This document shows positions 11,457 through 24,254 of a stretch of DNA of 64,000 nt, piece by piece. The stretch's first letter is position 1. Each line of letters begins with the position of its first letter. The position numbers and the translations under genes are program-made. The notes below the pieces were generated by a model, which was given only the letters and a program-made list of their open reading frames with translations, searched no databases and had not been told where the DNA came from. Source of the stretch: Amoeboaphelidium protococcarum X5 (taxonomy: Eukaryota; Fungi; Aphelidiomycota); NCBI GenBank assembly GCA_023515725.1, contig JALDTO010000179.1, positions 516,053 through 580,052 on the forward strand, given 5' to 3'.

Positions 11457-14400
11457 ATTTAATCTATGAGAAATTGAGGTAAGTTTCCATATTGTGACTA
11501 AGCACGAATTGTTATCCTCACTGTGTGCGTAGTACTCTGTCTCTTGAGGAAGACTTGACGTTCAAAACTAACAACGTGCTGATAAACACGCATATCAGTA
11601 ATGAGAAAAATGGTATTGTCCCTGCTTAATGTAAAGGCAAGTTTTTGAGAGATTAGTCTATTGAATGCTAGGATGAGTATAAAATGTGGTAAATGTGGCA
11701 TAAATAAAGTTCGCGTATGAGAAGTTTGGTGGAAGAGTTGAAGCTAACAATGGTAGATAGTCAATTGGTTCATTGATGTAATCCTTAATTTAATTGTTCT
11801 TTAGCTGCTGCTGCTGATGATGACGATGATGGTAGTACATGATGATCAATATTACAGAGACCTCTATATCCTACTCAAGTGTTTTGGACTTTCTTATTCG
11901 CAACGTCCACGTTCTCATCTACACTAGTCATTAAAATTTAAAGATCAATACTCGATGGATGGACTTACTGTAAACGAACTTTAACTCGCCGCTCTTGCAC
12001 TTATGCTCAAGTGCCCGCAATTACGCTGCTGTATAACCAGGCTGCTAGGAGGTTCTAAGAGCAAACTGTTTATCAATCTTAAGAGTCCGGCCCGACCTCG
12101 ACGATGGGTCTATTGGCAGCCCAAGAATTTAAATAGTTCGACTCCAGTTGGTACACGGAAACTAGACATTGAGATTGGGGACATATTTGCGTACTTCAGC
12201 CACACATTATTTAATCATGCGGTTGGCACAGTACATAGGGAATAAGCTTACCCCACTATCTATCGAAGTACTCCACAATATACTTCACCACATCATCATT
12301 CTGCACCTATTTAAAGTCTGGAATAGGTTCGGCAGCTATCTCACCTTCACTGGCGCGATGCACTACAGTTTATTATCAAGACGTTTTAGAGAGTTTAACT
12401 TTGATACTTACATCTGATGTTGACGCCAGACGCTTCCTGCGCAACAAACGAATCAATGCAGTGAACCATGCTGCCCATAAAGGTGGGATTGTCACGTCCG
12501 AAGCGGACATGATACTACTCCACGATATCGTTCATAATCGGAGTGGAATATTAAAGGAGATCTTTAGATAATGATGAGCCTTCACTATTCCAAACTAAGA
12601 GAAAGGACTCCAGACCAAATTAATGACCCGCACGGACCTACACGATGTCTAATTTAACATTATACACCAATGAATATGAATACACTTACAAGAGACTAAA
12701 TTGAATCGGCAACTTTCCGACACATGTCCTGCTTCCATTCGGCCGGATAAGGCCCAAACATTGCCTTACTTTTAAATTCAGCCAGCTCTTGTTTCGACAG
12801 CGCGTTATATTTCGCCTCAAAAGCCTTGGTATAGTCTTCCAAGTCGACAATACCTTGAAATTCTACAGCATACTTGAATTAAGAACGTACGCGTTACGTA
12901 AAGATAATCCTACCTGGATCATTTTTCCACAATTTCTTGCAGTAGTTGCGTACATTAAGCCGAACAGCTTGTGGAAGAGGCTCTACATGTACTAAGGTCA
13001 AAACAGACTTAACAATATAAAACTTTAAACTCACTTCGCTTGTTTTTTTGCCCAGTAGTTGATGAAGATGTTAATTGAACACCATCAGCCGCGTGAATAT
13101 CATCATCAGTGGAAACGCGTCCATCAGTAATAACATTATCTATCTCGACTGATTTCACTTCAACCTACGCGATATGTTAACAGAACGGTTTGCAATGCAT
13201 AAGAAAATGTATTTAATGAAGATTACTGTGGGAAGAGTGATAGGAGTTTAAGGCTCACTTTCAGAATCTGACTAGACGACACGTTTATTCATAACTCAAT
13301 TTCGGCGTCCAATTGTTTTAAGAGAAAAGATTGATATTTCGTTTAATAGTTTTAAAATAGTGGCGCAATTGAGTGATTTAATAAATACTGGATCTAAATG
13401 GATTCAAGTTATAGGACAGCTATATCAAGAGTATTTATGCTCTGTCTAGATTAGAGAATATTGCAAGGCTAAATGAACAAACTCACGGCGTCCATATTGC
13501 CCCCCCCCCAACGCGATTAACCAGTTACAATGATTGTGAAGGATATGAATATGGTTTGGTGCACACTTAGAATGACACCTATGAAACATACCTTACAGTA
13601 GTACTATTTATTTCGCAGGTTAGATTACAATAGTGGCGAACGAATCGAAAGAGGTGAACCGAAAGCAAAAGCCGGTATAGAGCATCCAGGTGAGTCTAGT
13701 CAGGGATGTAACATAGGATGCATAAAGACAGAGTATGAGATATCACATTTAACTCTACTAACCGATCAACTGGTCATGCGCAAGTACCTAACGGAATCCC
13801 ATCTGTGACGTGCGCCAAAATGCTCCCAACAGCATGATTTTTCAAAGGAGCTCGTCTGAAATAAGTAAAATAGATTGTAGCACTTATCCAAGAATAGCCA
13901 TACAGGGCATCGACACCTATGACTTTAAATTGAAAGGTGCGCAACAGAAAAGATGCGTCATAAATTTAGCAATCGTGAGATATAACTAATATTAATATTG
14001 CTCCATTTAGCGGAAAGAGATGTTTCGCACCCTTTACCAACCGAAGAGCGACGCGGTTACCAGTGTAGTCTAAAAGTCGCTCAAGAGGTCATAGGTACTT
14101 CTGATGGTCGTAAAAAGTCCGGAAGTAGCTTAACACTATCTAAGTTATATATATAACTTTTTTTCTGCAGTAAAATCAGCAATATGAGAAAAGTTTAAAT
14201 TCCTACATTTCAATGTTTGTAGACTACGCGCGAGCGCTAACGGAACACAAACAATCAGCACACTGGTAGGATATATTAAGCTGGACGGAGGTGGTTTTTA
14301 TCTATGAACATAATCTGATAGTTTAAGGGGCTTAATTAAGGTTATTCTATTTCTTCGTATGTCGTTCAAAGATCATCCTTTCTAAAAAGTGATTATTTAC

Positions 14401-14787
14401 ATCAATACATCAGTTGTCACTTACTTTATCTCCTTTATATTCGACATACATCATATGTTATATTGCGAAGTTTTTCAGACGGAATAGATTAAACTACAAA
14501 CAATTAATGCGTTAAACGGGAAAGCCAAATTTCTGAAAGAGTATTAAATAATCGGTTACCGGTGGGAATGCTCTAAAGCCGCTGATCGTTCGAAAGTGCC
14601 CATCAATACCTTTTTTGTGTTGAGTCTGGGTACGCACGTTTCAGATTCGACGTCGCGTAAATTACAATAGGATCTAACATCGCGCATCCGAATTTCAATC
14701 GATCTTGTTTCACTCTATTATTTGACTTAATTCTTCTATTAAAAATCTTTCGCTATTTATTCATTCGAATTGCTCCTTAAAATATCC

Positions 14788-15501
14788 ATGAGTAGATAAT
14801 CAATTCAAGATTAATTTAATGCACTTGACGCAAGATATCGAAGGCATAGGCATAAACCTCAAGAACTGTTGGAAATGCTAGAAAAGCCGCAGGAAGTTAA
14901 AGAAGCTGTAAAGATAATGACTGAGGCTGGGGAGTATGTAAGTCTGGAATCCCCGACCGATTCCCACCTACCGTACACCCGGGATGAATTGTACTAAATT
15001 GGGTTAGATGGCGCCTACGAGCTCTTAAAAGATATCTCTGCAAAATAGGAAGAACTTTTGAAGCATGTAAGGGACTAGAACAGAATCAACGCGAACCAGA
15101 GACAAATTGATGCCGAAAAGGACAAGGAGCTGAATGATATCAAGACAAGACTTGATAGCTTAGAAAATCACTCGTATAAAATAGTGCTTATGACCGTGTT
15201 GGAAGTTTATTATAAAAAGAAAATGTTTACGAAAACAGCTCCTCCGTACGACTTCTCATTGAGTACAGAATTAGATCGAGTGGATCCTGGTCAATTGTTG
15301 AGTAATACTGGCTTGAGTGTGAGTCAATGGAGACAGATGCGATAACTCTGCTTGAGGAATCCATCTGGTAGAAATGCCGTTGTTCATGAAAAGTATCCAT
15401 CTTTTGAAATAGCGGAGAAGGCCTTTTAATCACTAGTTGGCGTGGATAAACCGGGTATAGAAATTAGAAGGTCGTTTTTACGGATTCTCAATTCCATATG
15501 A
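14788..15501 (+). CDS. Coiled-coil protein with C-terminal RNxxxH (HEPN-like) motif, paralog A
   Basis: 237-aa ORF under TAR=Gln. Contains GRNAVVHEKYPSF; full-length paralog of 16242-16958. Confidence 0.75.
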
Positions 15502-16241
15502 TTACTTATTAATCTGGATTCTAGTATTACTTTTGTTAAGAAATGATAAGTAAAGTGGATGATGTAAGTTACTATATTTCTTATCATGAAAAGATTCTCA
15601 TGCTTGACCTTATCTGAGTCCGTTTCACTTCTAACCTTAGCGAGGGAATATTGCGGCATGAGGCGCAGCAGCTCCATGTGGATGTTTGATCATAAATCTG
15701 ACAACTTTTACTGATCGAATAAAGATATGTTGGTTGTTCTTTGTTTTTTCCCAGCTTCTTGTCGTCAGCAAACTGTTGAGTGATCAGAACAACTCCTGAT
15801 GTTACGCGGGCCATTGACATTAATAGAAAACGAAATATAGACACGGGAGCCACCCTTCCAATGGGCACTTTTGTCGGTCATGGAAAACCAACATCCAAGA
15901 CTTATTTCACTATTTCAATACTTTAATTTGATAATCCAAAGATGGTTCATAAATAGGACGCGAGCCTCCTTGATATGCGTTCAACAGCTAACGCCTCAAC
16001 CTTCATAATCTTGGCGACATCCAACTTACCGGAGTTCAAGACACTTGCCGCATGAGTACACAGGAAACCAAGTAATCATATAGTTTTATATATACTTTAG
16101 AATCATTGGACTTAAGCATGACTTTCACAGTCGCTCTGATTGGCTAGCCGGTAATTGATTACGTGATAAAGCCTTGCTATCTTTTCTTCCTGACACAATC
16201 GGATTGCTTAAAATTCTAAATTTTCCTATATAAATATTCTA

Positions 16242-16958
16242 ATGAGTCGAATTTAAATACGGGATAAGTCCACTGAGCTAGAAATTTAATATTGTAGGCA
16301 TATATATGAGCCTGACGGAAGGCTTGAAATGAATGATAAGCTAAATGAAGAAGATGGCACATGTGTAAACGTCATGACGGAAGCTAACGACATTAGTAAG
16401 CTCGAATCGTCTGTTGACTCTCATCGATCATATACTGATGATGCTAGTAAGAAGACTAATTAGTTTGGCTTTTATGAGATATTGAAAAGTTTTAATAAAG
16501 ATCTGGAGGATATTAATTACTCGATAAAGGATCAGTAGCGTATTAACGATGAGTAGAATCGAATAAATGAACAGCATTTCAAACAGCTGTCTGAATTGAA
16601 AGGCAGACTTGGTGTTCTGGAGAATTTCTCCTACAAGTCGGTATTGATGACTATGATTGCTGTATTCTTTAAGGAAAAGATGTACGCGTACTCTGCTCCT
16701 CCTGATATTTTCTCATTGAGTACTGCAATTGATATCGCGGATCCTGGTCAACTGTAAAGTAAGACCGGCTTTAGTGTTTCTTAGTGGAGAGCTATGCTGC
16801 ATGCTTGTGTGGATAATTGCCACGACAGAGATATTGTCGTTAATGAAAAGTATCCGTCTTTTGAAATTGCTGAGAAGGCATTTTTATTATTAGTTGGTAT
16901 GGATAAACCGGATACGGAATTGAGACGATTGTTTATGCGGATTCTGGAGCATGTTTGA
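16242..16958 (+). CDS. Coiled-coil protein, paralog B (motif changed to RDIVVN)
   Basis: 238-aa ORF. Shares LEN.SYK.VLMT, APP..FSLST, DPGQL.S.TG.SVSQWR and EKYPSFEIAEKAF with paralog A. Confidence 0.75.
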
Positions 16959-17689
16959 TAATTCTCTTATTGCAATCTGTTGGTATAGCTGGCTAATATG
17001 GAGATACTATGATTTGAGTTGATGATTGTAATTGCGGATTACGGCAGATTTGCGATGAGCTGTGAATTTTTTTTCGACTGTGTAGATATGTCAAAAAGCG
17101 CTTCCGACACTCTGACGCCTATATACAGTATACTGTATGTTCAAAGTTCTAGTCTTTATATATATATATATATTCAATGCCTTAAGTAATTACTAATATA
17201 ACTATTTGATTTACTGGTTTAGTTTTTGCTTTAGTATTAATAATAATTTATTACTCTTTTAAGTAAAGAGCTTAGTGCCTTTCAGGTAGGTTTAACTTAT
17301 AATGAGACATAACTTTTAGTATTCAAAGATTTGCCCTCGTGCATTGTTAACCGACTATTGCGTAAAGCATAATAGTAACTCCAATTCCAGCAGTATCGTA
17401 TGATAAGCCTTTTAACTTGGCACAACTGTCACACTGTAAAAATTTCAATATTCTGATAAAATTTAAAATTTCCACCTTCATGAAATAATATTGCCAAAGG
17501 TATGCCCAATTTTCAGCTTAACTCCGCTTGCCAATCCGATTCGGTAATGCTATTAACAGATCAAATGGCGATGCATTAGGTGATTTCAGCACCATCATCA
17601 TCTATTCCATTTCTTGCTGTCGATCTCTTTCAGTTTAAAGTAGATCATTTAATAGTGATTGCATATACTTCTGTTTGTATTTAAACAAT

Positions 17690-20600
17690 ATGATGCTCCT
17701 GCCCTTGATTCTGATCATCAACTGCTTTGGGACAACAGTGGCCAGCGATTATGCGAATGTCTCCTGGGTTGGCACGCTATAGAATAGATTAGTAAGATAC
17801 GTAGGCACTGTTACCGACCCCAATGGCGACTTTATTGTATCGTTCATTTACTTTAACATTTAATCTTAGTTCACTACAACTTTTGACGGAGCCGTCTAAG
17901 AGCCGTATAATAATTACTGTAATAAGATTGCGCTTTCCTTTGTGAAAATAAATGGCTAGACTGGCAATATTCTATGGACTTCATCCATATACACCCAAGC
18001 CGAAGCTAATGGTCTTTCGCTGGTTACAGACAACAGACAATCAAGCTGATCTTATTATCTCTGGCGGATTGGTCTCGGGCATTGATGATATTTATATCAA
18101 TATAAATACAGCAGTGAATTACATTCTCTATGCAAGCACTACAGCATAATGGCACGCTAAATTGTCATCGTAAGGCGGGTTTTAATGGGCTGGGTTCCTA
18201 CCTAATGAATTTCCCGCGGTATACGGACTTGCAGTTGATTCTGATAACAATATTTTTCAAATGTCTCAAGCTAACCAGGCTCTATCGTATTTATATGGAG
18301 GATTTAGCTTCAGTCCAACAACTACCGTCTGCAACGTGCGCAAGATAAATCCAAGCGGTGCTGAGCTGTGGAGAGTCAATATTGGGTATGCTGCTGTGGT
18401 AACATGTTAATCTGCTATTGCCGTTTCTTAATAAACTGGTGACGTGTATGTGGCTGGATCGCTCACTTTTGGAGACACTATGTAAAACGGTTATAATACT
18501 CCGATTGGCTTACTCGGTATTCGTGATTCCACTGGCTAGCTTAACATCACCCAACAAAGCAATATGAACCTGAAATCAGCTTTGTTCTTGGCCAAGTTCA
18601 ATAGCAATGGTGTCTTTTAGTGGTTAGTTCGTATTGACGATTCACAGCCTTCACCATCTGCTTTGAGTGTGTCACCAAATGGAAATGTCATTCTCGTAGG
18701 TAATTATTAGAACACATCATCACCTCTTAATTTCTATGGCACTAATGGAGTAGTAGCCCGCACTTTAAATCCCAATCGAGCAATGCTTAGTGGCTTCGTG
18801 GCAACCTATAGTCCAACTGGTACACTGATCTATGTTGCGACAATGGACGGTGCAGGTGATGATAAGGCAGTGCATTGTGCATCTGACGCCAATTCTAATT
18901 TTTACGTGGCAGCAAGGCTATCATCACCATCTGTTGCTGTGATTGATGGATTAGGGATCAACTAAACTATTCCATCATCTCCGTCGACTGTTTTGAAGTT
19001 TAATCCATCTGGAAAGTTGCTGTATAGTTTCAGTTGTACGAGTGGCATTACTGCATTTGATATTCTGAAAGGATTCAACAATAGTTTGATCTTGGCTGGG
19101 ACTTCTGGGGGTGCCTAGAAATTCTTCGATAGCTCTGCCAATAAAGGTGTGGATGTGCCGACAACTGCTGGTGCATTGGTTTTTGCGAAATATTTGGACT
19201 ATGTCTCTACTCCGACTACCACTACCACGACGACAACGACAACTACAACCACCACTAGTACTTTAACGACTACGACTACCACAACAACTACCACCACTAC
19301 TACGACAACGACAACAACTACCACCACTCCTACGAAGACTACTACAACGACCACAACCACTCCTACGACCACAACAACTACTACCACGACCACCACAACA
19401 AGCACTACTACTACAACCACTACTCCCACTAGTACGACGTCATTAACGAACTATGTATCTTCCTCTAGTCCTCTGTTTGGTCTCGGTAGCTCAATCTCGT
19501 TGTATAATGTTAGTACCAGCAGAGCTGCGTCTTCATCTTCATAATTTGGTGTTCAAGCTAGTACTACGACCTAAACCAGTTACACTACGTAGCATGTCTT
19601 CGATTGGAGTTAAGTGGATCATAGTTCAACCATAGGGAGCAGTTTCTCTAGTAATGACGGCGGAGCAGGACAAGTGTAACCTGGTACTTAGTCCTCTATG
19701 ATGACGCTCTACATAACAGTGAGTGCAATTGTGTGCTTTTTGATTTTGGTATTGATTTTTCTGTCCATCTATTGCGTAAGACGCAGATACATTAAGACTC
19801 GTAAAATGGCCTCTCGAATGAAAGATGTCACATCAAATGCGGTTACTGGTATGACTGATCAATCGTTCAACACCTTCTTAGGCCCGGCAACTCAAGTTGT
19901 AGGAACATTGATGGGTGGGACAACGTTTATGAACACTTCAATGGAAGTTGCTGTGCCCGCATTCTTGGAGCTTAAGCGCGATTTGGACTTCAGAATGGTG
20001 CCCAACTCCTTCATTAACAAAGGTGGTCAGGCTGAGATTTAGGTTGCAGAAATTTTGAACTATCCTGCTGGGCATCCTTTTGCCAATAGTGGCACAAAGG
20101 TGGTTGCAGCTAAATGCTTTGTCGGCGATGTAAAGAAAGACAGTGTTAATCAAGAGATTGCTTTAATATGGAGATTTAAAGACTATGATCAGATTGCAAA
20201 GTTAGTGGGATTTGATGGTCTGAACAATATCTTGCTCATGATCAATTACGAACTTGGCTCGCTGGAGTCTCTGATTTCGGGATAGACTTAGTATGCACAG
20301 TCAGTCAACTACTCTATTCAGATGCAGCAATTACTATGTCTAGACGTTGTGACTGCATTGACGATTTTGCACTAGAATGGAGTGGTCCACAATGACATCA
20401 AATCTGGTAATTACCTAGTTTATCAGGATGGCAATGGAGTTTTGCGTACTGCTTTGACAGACTTCGGTATCTGCACTATCCGGTCCCAGGCAAACTTTGT
20501 TAAAGGCATGAAATGGAATCAGTTAAAAGGTCACTCTATTAAGTATGCTGCTCCAGAAGTTTTGTAATAATTACAAGTGCCTGAGCAGCTTCTTCCTTCA

Positions 20601-20849
20601 AGAGATGTTTATGCTGGTGCTGTGGTGATGTTTGAGATCTTAGCGCGTAGAAAAGCCTGGGAAAGCTTTAATGCAGCGTAAGTTACTGAGCTGGTGTTGC
20701 AAGGTGCAAGGCCTGAAGCTCAATTTCTCGACGGCCGTGCATATATGCTATTTCAGGTTGTTCAAGCTGCTTGGGCTCAAGACCCTTTTATGAGACCGTC
20801 TGCTGTAGCAATTGCTGGTGAATTGTAAAAGCTATCACAGTCTTCATGA
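17690..20849 (+). pseudogene. Receptor-like kinase (signal peptide, SBBP-like beta-propeller, Thr-rich stalk, one TM helix, TKL-type kinase) frameshifted at about 18030
   Basis: MMLLPLILIINCFGTTVAS signal; repeats such as LAVDSDNNIF, GDVYVAG, FLAKFNSNGVFQW; TM LYITVSAIVCFLILVLIFLSIYCV followed by RRR; kinase motifs KGGQA, VAAK, HNDIKSGN, DFG, YAAPE. A tandem ACAGACA duplication shifts the frame. Confidence 0.85.
19207..19440 (+). repeat. ACN-codon low-complexity tract encoding a mucin-like poly-Thr stalk
   Basis: About 70 Thr codons with mixed synonymous usage, in frame within the receptor kinase. Confidence 0.9.
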
Positions 20850-21009
20850 TGGCATGATTTAACAACGATTTTAATGCGGCTTTAAACGTCTTGATGTTTA
20901 TAAAATTTGAGGCCCAATACATTTAACAAGAACAAATCGAGGTATCTCTTACGTATGAGAATATAATTCATTATAGACTAATGGATACACTTATCTTATG
21001 TTCTAAAAG

Positions 21010-21756
21010 TCAGCCACTCATGCAGCTGGTGCCGCCTTTGCCGATTCCGAAACGCGCCAGCAACTGACAAAGCTCATTCACCTTCTCGGTAGATTCAGTC
21101 AAACCAGGCAAAATACTGTTAATAACAGATGACACAGCGTCAAAATTGATATCGTTGGAGAGATCAAGAGATGTTTCCTTTTGAGAGGCAGCTTGATCTT
21201 CGGCCGCGGGAGCATTGAATGACGATGCAGGTTCAGCTGTGGGGGCATTGGCTAATGAAGAAGAAGGCTCAGTTGTGGAAGATGGAGATGGATCTTATTC
21301 ATCGGAAGAGCATTTTTCTTCACCGGAAGCTGCAAAGTACATTGCCCACTTTTATCCGCTTTGGCCGATACCAGCTAATTGATACCTTGGATCGATCATT
21401 GCGCTGTGATGTGAAGGAGAAGCAATCCAACCTCGTACAGCATCTTGAGGCTTGGAGCATTTCGCCAAGATTTCTCCTGCAGAGGAATATGGAAAGCCAG
21501 CAGCCTACAAACGCATAGGTAAATCGGTCCCGTCAACACCTTCGTGCTCCATAGCTCCTGCAGCATCAAGCACCTATGCATAGCGCTACGCCACTTGGTT
21601 CAGTTTAGCGTTCAAACAAACGGCTGGGGCCCCTTTCGCTGCGCGTTCAGCATTCACGAGATTGAGCATTTCTTGAAATTCACTTGAAACAGCTGACGCG
21701 ACATGAATTACAAGGAAAGATGACACCAGAAAGAAGATATTATCATGAGACACCAT
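21010..21756 (-). CDS. Secreted CAP/SCP (PR-1-like) domain protein
   Basis: Signal peptide; MLNLVNAERAAKG, LNAKLNQVAQRYA, GEILA, AVRGWIASPSHHSAMIDPRY..AGIG; Ser/Pro-rich tail; TGA at 21010. Confidence 0.85.
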
Positions 21757-22199
21757 GGTACAGGCAGAAGTTTTGATAAGAGATTGTGATTTACACAAAG
21801 AAGAAGTAACACAGTATCCCATTACAGAAGCTATTCAAAATCTACGTCTGGTCGCACAATGATTTAAACTTTATCGCTGATTAGCTGATGCGGATCCTTT
21901 AAGTGAACACAAAGCAATCTTTCCGAAGCCAGGATAAGATTTAGTGCTCGAGCTTAACGTTGAAATTAACAATGTACCACATCACTGCGCAAAGAGATAA
22001 TACCATATCTCCTGGTCTTTTAAATCATACTGGTGACTTTTTCCGCATCGTCTCTATCTACCGACATGGTTTCAGATGTGAAATTTCCGCAATCTCTCGC
22101 GCGTTATTTAGCGTTGGTAAGACTGGTGTAACATTGAACTTCCTTCTATTATTATTTTTTTGCATATAATTATAATTTCTTACCGTTAAAAATTTATTT

Positions 22200-22955
22200 A
22201 TGACAAGTTTCACATTTAGCAAGGCTTAAGATAATAAACTATCTCGGATACCTAGAGTATCGATTCTCCTCCTCAGTGTTATGGCAATTGGTGCTTGTAC
22301 TATGCTGGTATATCTCTAAACTTTGAACGATGACTTAATTATTGGACCAGTAGAACATGAAGTATTTAATAGCTTTTCATACAGACTGCGGCTATTGCTA
22401 GATTAGTATTTTATACAATACTCGTTTTGTTTAATTGCATCGTTAGTATATATCTTATATTGGCTCAACTCTGTGACAGAAGAGACTGTAATATGTATAG
22501 ATGGAATCGGTATTCAATTAATAAGTCACAATGCATTTACTGATCGAAATGTATTTATTAGCATGGTGGATATTAAAGATGTGCTGATTTGTGAAGGACT
22601 GGTGGGATTTCAAGTCAAGTTTTATGTGGCATTGGTGTTACATGATGCAAGTATAGTTATACTGTTCCCCGACATTCGGCCGCCTCTCCGGAAAATATTG
22701 CCTCTCTACGAACTCATACGGCTCTAACTAGAACAAAAATCCTCATCCCGCAGCATGAAGTATATTTAATAAATAGACATTTAAATTCATAGTCATACTT
22801 TTAATTTTGTTCCGAGATTATTTGGGTTTAGGGACTGTATCCCACATCGGCAGTGCGGGAGATAGATTATTGCCGTTTAACACAATAACGCGTCTAAGCT
22901 TCAGCATTCAATAAAAGCCAGACAGCTAGTCTTGCTTTATATTCATTCCGTTTGA
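22200..22955 (+). CDS. PIGH: GPI-GlcNAc transferase subunit PIG-H/GPI15
   Basis: Two hydrophobic segments, then VTEETVICIDGIGIQL...DVLICEG..GFQVKFYVAL...LFPDIRPPL. First in-frame TGA is 22953; the true 3' end may be near 22760. Confidence 0.75.
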
Positions 22956-23289
22956 ACAATAGGCAACACGATTAACTCGATTGATCTACAGAGATTGTCG
23001 TTTCAACTGCGATGCTTACTCGATAACATCAAGCGCCAATTCTGCCTTGGACGTATATCAGTTGAAAAATTATGCCATTAAAAAACGATTCAATTCATTC
23101 AAGCCACGAATCGTCTAAATATTCCGCATTTGTAACACTTATACAAATGTTTGAATAGTTGGTTATTTCGTGTCTTTGTTTCCTGGCTTTGAGAGTCTCT
23201 CGCAGTTTATATAAACTTTTGCTCTCAGACGATTTCTCTTCTTCCAACAAAATGTCTACTTTTGAATGATCAGAATAGGCTTGTTCAAA

Positions 23290-23874
23290 ATGTTTTCACG
23301 GTAGAGATCCTCGTCAGGGAGTTCAATGTCGTCCAGTGGTAGCTCATCAGTAAGTGGGCATTCAAAGAAGAAGAAGAAGAAGTCTATCCAGTTTGGATAG
23401 TTTTCCATCTTTAATCAATACATGGTTAGCAGAGATTAGTCGAATCAGCCGTCTGATATTTAGTCGCAATAATAGTAGAATCCTCCTGCTGTGCAGAATG
23501 TTAATACACCTTTGGCACCGTAGAATATACCGTTCTCTTCAGTAACATAATCGTAATAATCATAATCATAGTCTCAGTCTCATTCTAGTGGTAGAGATGT
23601 ATAATTGTCAACCTCTGGAATCCAAGTGTCGCCGAGTAATCCATAGCGATTGATTATTAACACTGCCAGCGGAAAGTTTGAATGTGATAGATTATGCCCA
23701 CACAAGTAAGCGGATCTCAGCTCTGGATGGCTGGACATTGAGGATTAGACAGTGCTGGTGTGTCCAAAGCATAAATGGAAATTTAAATTGGATTCCTAAA
23801 GTGGAGTCTGCATAAAGAACAATGGCAAGCACCCTTGTTCCAATTACACTCTAAATGCAACGAGAATCAACTGA
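23290..23874 (+). CDS. Rieske [2Fe-2S] domain protein with low-complexity Ser/Gln/Lys N-terminus
   Basis: CPHKQADLSSG...VCPKHKWKF; stop TGA TGA at 23872. Confidence 0.8.
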
Positions 23875-24254
23875 TGAAATTTACGGTCCTTGGATGGCTT
23901 ATCAATTAATTATGAATTGTCTATATAAAAATTAGATTATAATCAATTTGATGTCCTTTTTTCTGCGCTAATTGCGATTCCAGCTTGGTATCCTGATGCC
24001 TATTCCTATTCTACAGACACATTTACGATTCTTAGTGGCTCATATTTAAAAGCTTGCAATAGCCTGAAGCAACGCCTTCAATGTCATTCACGTCTATAGA
24101 GATAAAATAATTGAGCATAGACTGAAAATTGATTGGAAAGTTGAAATATGGATATGAAGTTTCTCACTTGCATTCACATCGTACTTTATTAGATAATCAT
24201 AGGTTAATCGCGTCTTTGATCTTATGCATATCAAGTATAGATTAAATGTGTAAG

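Noticed and set aside
11955-12573. 149-aa ORF plus a downstream out-of-frame segment
   Set aside because: No recognisable family and an internal TGA or frame change; possibly a relic but not supportable.
12600-14700. Short coding-like patches
   Set aside because: No sustained frame or motif even under TAR=Gln.
15426-16060. Minus-strand ORF fragments between the paralog pair
   Set aside because: Interrupted by TGA and frame changes; no identifiable homology.
19199-19429. Poly-valine ORF, or a repeat array resembling CRISPR or satellite DNA
   Set aside because: Reverse complement of the poly-Thr stalk; no repeat-spacer structure.
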